Origin: an uncultured Verrucomicrobiales bacterium
GTDB taxonomy: Bacteria > Verrucomicrobiota > Verrucomicrobiia > Verrucomicrobiales > DEV007
Assembly (NCBI GenBank): GCA_938091905.1
Contig: CALKOM010000124.1
Coordinates: 1 to 64,000 of the forward strand
Direction of reading: 5' to 3'
Length of the DNA stretch: 64,000 nucleotides
Below, in pieces: positions 57,744 to 64,000 of this stretch. Positions within the stretch are counted from its first letter, which is position 1, and the number at the start of each line of letters is the position of its first letter. Under the pieces are notes generated by a model. That model saw nothing but the letters and a program-made list of their open reading frames with translations, was not told the origin of the DNA and did not search any database. A program made the translations under genes and the position numbers.

Positions 57744-59839
57744 GTTTCCTCTTTCCGTTGTATCTTTTAGGCTTGGCTGCACTTAGTTTGCCCGTTCTGC
57801 TTCACCTGCGTAACCGCGAGTTGAAGAAAGTGGTGCCTTTCAGTTCGTTGCGCTTTCTTAAGCCGACCAAGATTCAGCAGCAGCAACGGTCGAAGCTGGA
57901 GAATCTGCTTCTGCTGCTCTTACGTTGCGCGATCCTGGCCCTCATCGCTTTCGCCTTTGGTCGACCATTCTTACGGCAGGACCTGATGAAAGATCTCGTG
58001 GGGCAGAGTCAGCAAGCCGTCATTCTCATCGATACCAGCGCCTCCATGCGTCAGGAGGGGCATTGGGAGGACGCGTTGAAGCGCACCCGCGCGATCATCG
58101 ATGATCTTGAATCTAGCGATGAGGTCCAGGTCTTCACCTTTGACCAGTCTACCCGTCTCCTGCACTCTTTCGATGCTTGGCGTGAACCTGCGGAACCGGA
58201 GCGTAAAGCTACATTGCTCGCGAAGTTGGAGTCGATTCAGCCCAGTTGGCAGAGCACCGATCTCGGGCAAGCGATGATCACAGCGGTGGAGTCTTTTCGA
58301 GATGCGCTCGAAGATGCGAGTGTGGAGTCGCCGGCCGAACGCCAAGTTTATCTTGTCAGTGATGTCCAGGAGGGTGCCAATCTAGAGGCGCTCGGGCAGT
58401 ATGAGTGGCCAGTGGAGGTGAAGGTGACGGAAGAGCGTGTTGGTGAGAGAGGGCGGACTAATGCTAGTTTACAGCTGTTACCCAGATCGACAGGGATCGC
58501 AGAGCTACAGAAACAGGAAGATCGCTTTCGATTGAGCAACGATCGTGATTCGAAGGAGTCTCGATTTACAATTGCTTGGCAGAATGCTGACGGCACTCCA
58601 GCCAGTCAGCCCCTGAGTGTGGTAGTGCCGCCTGGAGACACAGAGGTTCTCACGGCACCCAAGACGACAACGGGTACGACGGCACCGATTCTCCAGCTCG
58701 ACGGCGATGACATTGATTTCGATAATCGTTATTTTCAGAGCCCACCTGTGGCCAAGCCGCTCCGTATTCTCTATCATAGTGATGAAGATCCCAACCGAAC
58801 AGGAGCGCCGCTCTTCTTCTTCAAGCGTGCTCTGATTGAGACGGCGACATTTAAGCCAGAGTTGACGCTGAAGAAGTTTGCTGATCCGCTCGATAAGATA
58901 GACTGGAGTCTTTTGGACTTCGTGGTTGTGTCAGATCCATTGGGGAACGTTCCGATGGATGCCATGCGTCAATACCTTGATGAAGGTGGTCGTGGTCTTT
59001 TCATGGTACGTTCACTCAATTCTGTCCCAGCGTTGGCCAAGTTGCTGGAGTTGGATCAACTCCCAGCATCGGAAGCCAAGATCGCAGACTATGCCTTGTT
59101 AGGCGAGATAGATCGGAAACACCCTTACCTTCAAGGATTCTCCGAAGCACGTTTTGCGGACTTTACGAAAGTGCATTTCTGGCGTCACCGGACGTTGGAC
59201 ATTGACAATCTAGAGAAGGCGCGCGTCCTCGCGTCCTTTGATAGTGGTGAGCCAGCGTGGTTTGAAGTACCTGTGGGCAAGGGCTCGCTTTTGGTCATGA
59301 CCTCGAGTTGGGATCGTGAAGATAGCCAGCTCGCCCTTTCGACGAAATTTATTCCGCTCATCTATGCCATCCTCACGCAGGATCCCTCTGGTAGAGATTC
59401 GAAACAGGCCTATTTCATCGGGGATAGCATTCCTTTGGATGCCGGCATCGAGAAGACCGTGACTTTGCCGGATGGCGAAGAGGTCGGGGTCGCTGAGGAC
59501 GAGGCGAGTTTTGATGCCACGGATACGCCAGGCCTTTACAAGATTGCTTACCCAACCCGGCAGTTCGTTGCCGCTGTGAATGTCCCCACCCAGGAAAGCC
59601 GGCTTGCTGCCATCGAGGGTGATAAGCTTGAACAGCTCCTCAAAGTTGACGAAGAACGCGCTGAGGGGAGAGCGAAAGGGGAGATTCCACCGGCAAAGTT
59701 ATCCGTACAAGAGCAGGAGTCCCAGCAGAAAGTCTGGATGTGGCTTCTCTACCTTGTCATGATCTTACTGATCGTTGAAATACTTTACTCTGCTCGTTGC
59801 GCTCAACCCAAAGCCGCCCCTAGCGAAGGCGGTGTCTAA
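57740..59839 (+). CDS. BatA-type N-terminal double-TM plus VWA domain protein
   Basis: LPVLLHL...FSSLRFL...LLLLLR...RP N-terminus, MIDAS DTSASM, VSD, and a C-terminal TM segment. Confidence 0.88.
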   Translation: MSFLFPLYLLGLAALSLPVLLHLRNRELKKVVPFSSLRFLKPTKIQQQQRSKLENLLLLLLRCAILALIAFAFGRPFLRQDLMKDLVGQSQQAVILIDTSASMRQEGHWEDALKRTRAIIDDLESSDEVQVFTFDQSTRLLHSFDAWREPAEPERKATLLAKLESIQPSWQSTDLGQAMITAVESFRDALEDASVESPAERQVYLVSDVQEGANLEALGQYEWPVEVKVTEERVGERGRTNASLQLLPRSTGIAELQKQEDRFRLSNDRDSKESRFTIAWQNADGTPASQPLSVVVPPGDTEVLTAPKTTTGTTAPILQLDGDDIDFDNRYFQSPPVAKPLRILYHSDEDPNRTGAPLFFFKRALIETATFKPELTLKKFADPLDKIDWSLLDFVVVSDPLGNVPMDAMRQYLDEGGRGLFMVRSLNSVPALAKLLELDQLPASEAKIADYALLGEIDRKHPYLQGFSEARFADFTKVHFWRHRTLDIDNLEKARVLASFDSGEPAWFEVPVGKGSLLVMTSSWDREDSQLALSTKFIPLIYAILTQDPSGRDSKQAYFIGDSIPLDAGIEKTVTLPDGEEVGVAEDEASFDATDTPGLYKIAYPTRQFVAAVNVPTQESRLAAIEGDKLEQLLKVDEERAEGRAKGEIPPAKLSVQEQESQQKVWMWLLYLVMILLIVEILYSARCAQPKAAPSEGGV

Positions 59840-59857
59840 CTAAACCACGCTAGCATC

Positions 59858-62800
59858 ATGCATAAAGCCATCATTCAAATCCTGGAACGTCTCTCAGAGA
59901 AAGAGGCGACCTTGAAACGTTGGAAAGAGCAGACCCATCTTTCGTGGATCTTACTCGGCTTTGCTTCGATCTTCCTGATCTTCTTGTTCGTTGTGAACTG
60001 GTGGTCGTTCTGGTTATGCCTCACTTTACTGATCGGGGCCTTTGTCTGCTGGGTCTGGGGCGGACGCTCATTAGACCCTAGCTTTGATGTGGATGAGGTG
60101 GCGCACAAGATTGAAGAGAGTCATCCGGACCTTCAATCGCTGCTTCTTACGGCGGTCGAGCAGAAGCCTGACAAAGAGACGGGCGAACTGAATTACCTTC
60201 AGGATCGCGTCATTAAAGACGCCATTGATCAAGCACGTGAGCAGAGCTGGGTTGAGGACGTCAGTTCTGAAGAGATGCGCAAGGCTGAGATGGCAAGCCG
60301 TTGGTCGCGTCGCGCAGCAGCGTTGGTCGTGTTTCTTCCACTGCTCATAGGCTTCGGTATGTTCGGGCCTGCTGGCATCCTACCGTCCTCCAAACCGAAC
60401 AAATTAGCGAACAAAGAGCAGCCCGTGGCGGATGAAGAGATCCCCGCGACTGCGGTGGAGGTCACTCCTGGGAATACAGAAGTGGAGAAGGGGACTCGTT
60501 TGCCGATCAGTGCTTTGTTTGGAGAGGACACTTTGCCTGTTGCGGCGGCCTTGCAACACGGGCCTTCCGAAGATGAGCTGCAGCTTTTGCCCATGGTGAA
60601 GAGCTTGGAAGATCCCCTCTTCGGCGTCATTTTGCCCGAGGTCAGCGCGGACTTTGTCTATAAGATCAAGTATGGCGATGAAACGACTGAGACATTCAAG
60701 ATCACCACGTTTGAATACCCCCGATTGGATCGCGCTAATGTGACCATTACTCCGCCTAGCTATGTCGGCGGCGAGCCAAAGGTGATGAAGGACGTGCGCA
60801 AAGTGACGGCGTTTGAGGATAGTTTGTTAGAGATTGAACTGGTGCTCAACAAGCCCGTGTCCAAGATAACGCTTGTGGGTGAGCGGAGTAAGGAAGAAGT
60901 AGCTCTGACCGTGTCTTCTGATGATGCGAGTCTCTATTCTGGGAGGATGACGGCACATGAGAGTGACGTGTTTGTCCTGACTCTTGAAGATGATGCGGGG
61001 AGGCCTAACAAAGAGTTTACTCGGCTTGAGCTTACGGTGTTACGGAATGAGCCACCAAAAGTCACGGCAGTTATTCCGAAACGCGATATTCAAGCGTCTG
61101 CCCTCGAAGAAGTGGTTCTCAAAGGGAAAGCTGAGGACGACTTTGGCGTTCTCAGTTATGGGTTGAGCTACACGTATGAGGAAGAAGAGAATGAGCTGAA
61201 GTTGGGCGAAGGGACAGAGTCCGAGCCACAGCCTAGTGTCGAAATGGATCATTTGCTAGCCTTGGAAGATCTCGGGGCTGAGGAAGACCAGCTCATCTCC
61301 TACTATTTCTGGGCTGAGGATAAAGACCGCCAGGGTGAACTTCGCCGGGCGAAGAGTGACATCTACTTCATCGAAGTCCGTCCGTTCCTGAAATACTACC
61401 GCGAAGGAGCTGGCGGAGGCGGCGGAGGCGGAGGCGGAGGAGGAGGAGGCGCTCAGGAAGAAGCGGCCAAGCAGAAGGATATCATCGCGGCTACTCACCG
61501 AGTGATTGAGTCCCCTCAGAGAGACCCGGCCAAACAGAAGGAAGATATCGGTGTGATCAAGGACGGTCAAACAGCTAGTCTTGAGAGCACCATGGAGATG
61601 CGCGGCGAGCTGCAGGATGCCGAGGCCCAACAGTATGCGGACACGGCTATTGCCGAGATGGAGCAGAGCATCGCGGCGCTGGATGCATGGCAACAGCAGG
61701 AGGATGTGTCTCTGGTAGAGAATGGCGAGAAAGCTCTCGAGCATCAGATGAAAGGCTATGATGCGTTGCTTAAGTTGCGTGGACGGAACGTGGAAGTGGT
61801 GAAAGCCGAGGAGCAGCAAGGCGGAGGTGGTGGCGGTGGAAGTCAGGACCCGCAGATGGAGAACATGCAGCTCAATGACGAGAAGGACCGTTACCAGAAC
61901 GAGAATCGGGCCGACCAAGAGGCTCTCGCCCAGCAGCGAGCAGAGAACCAAGAGGCCTTGTCCTATCTGAATCGCTTAAAAGAATTGGCGAAACGTCAGG
62001 AAGCGCTAACGGACAAATTAAAGGAACTTGAAGCCGAGTTGGAGGTGGCCGAGAACGAGGAGGAGAAAGACAAGCTCGAGCGGGAGCTGAAGCGTCTGCG
62101 CGATCAGCAGCGCGATATGCTGCGCGATGTGGATAGTTTAGCACAAGACATGGACAAGTCAGAGACTCGAACGGATTTGGCCGAAGCTCGGGAAAAACTC
62201 GATGGCGTTCGCGAGAAGTTGCAGGAAACGGCGGATGCCATGCGGCAGAACGATAACAGCAAAGCGATTACAGAAGCGACGCGTGCTGAAGAACAGATGC
62301 AGCAGTTGAACAACGAGTTGCGTGAGCAGGCCGCGAACAAGTTTGCTGATGAGATGCGTGCCCTGCGAGACCAAGCGATCGATATCGCAGAGCGTCAGGA
62401 TGCGATCGAGCAACAGCTTGCTAATGCGAATGATAGCCAGAACAAGCGCCCTTCGTTACAGGATGAGGGCACTGAGGCACAGGGGACGATGGCAGAGCAG
62501 AAGGTGGAACTTGAGAAGCTCATCGAAGACACGAAGCAGGTTGCTATGGCAGCGGAGCTCCCCGAGCCACGTTTGTCGAAACGTTTGGAAGATGCGTTGC
62601 GTGCTGCCAAAGCAGACACGTTGCCTGATCAGCTTACGCAAGCTGCCGATATGTTAGACGGTTCGGAGAGGACGTTCCCCGATACTATTGGTGCCGAGCA
62701 GCTCAACCAGCAGACTTCTGCAGAGATCGCTAAGCTTACTCAAGGGATCGAAGATGCCGCTCGTAATATCCTTGGTGACGAAACAGAGGCACTTCGGGTG

Positions 62801-64000
62801 GCTCAGCGCGAAGTGCAGGATCTCATTGATCGCTTGCAGGATGCAGCGCCAACGGAGAACCAGTTGGCCCAGAATAATCAAGGCCAGCAACCAGGACAAG
62901 ACCAGAATCGGTTAGCTCAGAACGGACAAGGCCCGCAACCGGGTCAGGAACAGCAGCCAGGTGAAGGGCAGCAGCCGGGTGAAGGGCAGAATCAGTTAGC
63001 CCAGAACGGACAAGGCCCGCAACCGGGTCAGGGACAGCAGCCAGGTGAAGGGCAGCAGCCGAGTCAGGGGCAAGGCCAGCAACCAGGGCAAGGCCAGCAA
63101 CCGGGCCAGGGACAGCAACCAGGTGAAGGGCAGCAGCCAGGGCAAGATCAGAATCAGCTAGCCCAGAATGGTCAGGGCCAGCAGCCGGGTCAAGGCCAGG
63201 AGCAGCAGCCGGGTCAGGGCCAAGGCCAGCAACCAGGTGAAGACCAGCAACCAGGTGAAGACCAGCAACCAGGACAAGACCAGCAACCAGGACAAGACCA
63301 GCAACCAGGACAAGACCAGAATCAGTTAGCCCAGAACGGACAAGGCCAGCAACCGGGTCAGGGACAGCAGCCGGGTCAGGGTCAAGGGCAGCAGCAGGGT
63401 CAAGGTCAGCAACCGAGTCAGGGCCAGCAACCAGGAGAAGGCCAAGACGAGGGGCAGCTAGCTCAGAATTCCCAGGGAGAGGGCCAAGGTCAAGGAGAGG
63501 GCCAAGATCAAGGAGAGGGCCAAGGTCAAGGAGAGGGCCAAGGTCAAGGAGAGGGCCAAGGTCAAGGAGAGGGCCAAGGTCAGGGTCAGTTAGCTCAGAA
63601 TTCCGAAGGGCAAGGGCAAGGGCAAGGTGAAGGTGAAGGTGAAGGGCAAGGGCAGCAGTTGGCTCAGAATGGGCAGCCTCAGCAGCCATCGCCCACTCAG
63701 TCGCAAGGTCAGGGCCAAGGCGCCCAAGGTAACCGCAACGGTGGCGGTGGTGGGACTTTCGACGGCGATATCTTCCTTGATGGCTACCGTGAGTGGATTG
63801 ATAAGTTAGCCGACGTTGAAGGAGTGCTAGAGAATCCTGAGCTGCGTGAGCAGGTGAGCCGAGTGAAAGGAACTTCGCGAGAAATTCGAGGAGAGGCGAA
63901 GCTTGAGAATACGCCGCCGACGTGGGATCTTGTTCAGAAGAATGTGTTAGGGCCTCTTGTCCAGTTGAATGAAGATCTTGGTGAAGAGATTGAGCGTCTC
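59858..64000 (+). CDS. Large membrane-anchored coiled-coil protein (DUF4175-like) with a Gln/Gly-rich repeat; runs off the window (>1380 aa)
   Basis: Absent from the ORF track, consistent with having no stop in the window. ATG 59858, TM helices, IEESHPDLQSLLLTAVE, AEDDFGV, SYYFWAED, long coiled coils, then QG repeats in the same frame. Confidence 0.85.
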   Translation, partial: MHKAIIQILERLSEKEATLKRWKEQTHLSWILLGFASIFLIFLFVVNWWSFWLCLTLLIGAFVCWVWGGRSLDPSFDVDEVAHKIEESHPDLQSLLLTAVEQKPDKETGELNYLQDRVIKDAIDQAREQSWVEDVSSEEMRKAEMASRWSRRAAALVVFLPLLIGFGMFGPAGILPSSKPNKLANKEQPVADEEIPATAVEVTPGNTEVEKGTRLPISALFGEDTLPVAAALQHGPSEDELQLLPMVKSLEDPLFGVILPEVSADFVYKIKYGDETTETFKITTFEYPRLDRANVTITPPSYVGGEPKVMKDVRKVTAFEDSLLEIELVLNKPVSKITLVGERSKEEVALTVSSDDASLYSGRMTAHESDVFVLTLEDDAGRPNKEFTRLELTVLRNEPPKVTAVIPKRDIQASALEEVVLKGKAEDDFGVLSYGLSYTYEEEENELKLGEGTESEPQPSVEMDHLLALEDLGAEEDQLISYYFWAEDKDRQGELRRAKSDIYFIEVRPFLKYYREGAGGGGGGGGGGGGGAQEEAAKQKDIIAATHRVIESPQRDPAKQKEDIGVIKDGQTASLESTMEMRGELQDAEAQQYADTAIAEMEQSIAALDAWQQQEDVSLVENGEKALEHQMKGYDALLKLRGRNVEVVKAEEQQGGGGGGGSQDPQMENMQLNDEKDRYQNENRADQEALAQQRAENQEALSYLNRLKELAKRQEALTDKLKELEAELEVAENEEEKDKLERELKRLRDQQRDMLRDVDSLAQDMDKSETRTDLAEAREKLDGVREKLQETADAMRQNDNSKAITEATRAEEQMQQLNNELREQAANKFADEMRALRDQAIDIAERQDAIEQQLANANDSQNKRPSLQDEGTEAQGTMAEQKVELEKLIEDTKQVAMAAELPEPRLSKRLEDALRAAKADTLPDQLTQAADMLDGSERTFPDTIGAEQLNQQTSAEIAKLTQGIEDAARNILGDETEALRVAQREVQDLIDRLQDAAPTENQLAQNNQGQQPGQDQNRLAQNGQGPQPGQEQQPGEGQQPGEGQNQLAQNGQGPQPGQGQQPGEGQQPSQGQGQQPGQGQQPGQGQQPGEGQQPGQDQNQLAQNGQGQQPGQGQEQQPGQGQGQQPGEDQQPGEDQQPGQDQQPGQDQQPGQDQNQLAQNGQGQQPGQGQQPGQGQGQQQGQGQQPSQGQQPGEGQDEGQLAQNSQGEGQGQGEGQDQGEGQGQGEGQGQGEGQGQGEGQGQGQLAQNSEGQGQGQGEGEGEGQGQQLAQNGQPQQPSPTQSQGQGQGAQGNRNGGGGGTFDGDIFLDGYREWIDKLADVEGVLENPELREQVSRVKGTSREIRGEAKLENTPPTWDLVQKNVLGPLVQLNEDLGEEIERL
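61412..61450 (+). repeat. GGC/GGA tract encoding 13 Gly
   Basis: GGCGGAGGCGGCGGAGGCGGAGGCGGAGGAGGAGGAGGC, in frame. Confidence 0.9.
62858..63725 (+). repeat. Hierarchical coding repeat of 18-nt QQPG(Q/E)(G/D) and QGEGQG units, punctuated by eight LAQN motifs
   Basis: Direct translation, e.g. NQLAQNGQGPQPGQGQQPGEGQQP...; runs of near-identical 18-mers (GACCAGCAACCAGGACAA and GGCCAAGGTCAAGGAGAG). Confidence 0.95.

Noticed and set aside
62823..63689. 288-aa minus-strand ORF (LDLGPL/LVAG repeats)
   Set aside because: Antisense shadow of the Gln/Gly repeat in the large plus-strand gene.
62858..63725. CRISPR array
   Set aside because: The units are in-frame multiples of 3 with synonymous variation and no unique spacers, and there are no cas genes. 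It is a coding repeat.
1..64000. Prophage, IS elements, defence systems, tRNA or rRNA genes
   Set aside because: No integrase, transposase, phage structural or restriction motifs, and no cloverleaf or rRNA-like sequence, were recognised by eye.

Overview
A gene-dense bacterial chromosome segment, most likely from a member of Verrucomicrobiota because it carries a complete Verru_Chthon cassette. It holds many housekeeping genes (waaA, rsmD, an rlmD-like gene, mtnA, adk, fmt, uvrA, rpsP-khpA, hldD, galE, rpsB-tsf-rplY-pth). I saw no rRNA, tRNA, CRISPR array or transposase. The accessory content is: (1) a four-gene Verru_Chthon pilin-like cassette whose 1404-aa A gene is divergent from B-C-D, with a PilH/PilI/PilG-like ABC module about 11 kb away; (2) an orphan ParA coupled to a protein with a possible Roadblock-like domain; (3) a serine acetyltransferase-SprT protease fusion; (4) a coupled operon encoding an EEP phosphoesterase with a hidden 1-nt frameshift, an MtnK-like kinase, a Tat-signal ADP-ribosylglycohydrolase and a CBM9-like protein; (5) a MoxR/DUF58/VWA operon ending in a >1380-aa protein with a hierarchical glutenin-like PGQGQQ repeat; (6) at least three pseudogenes of exported proteins. 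All family calls come from reading motifs by eye; no database searches were run.
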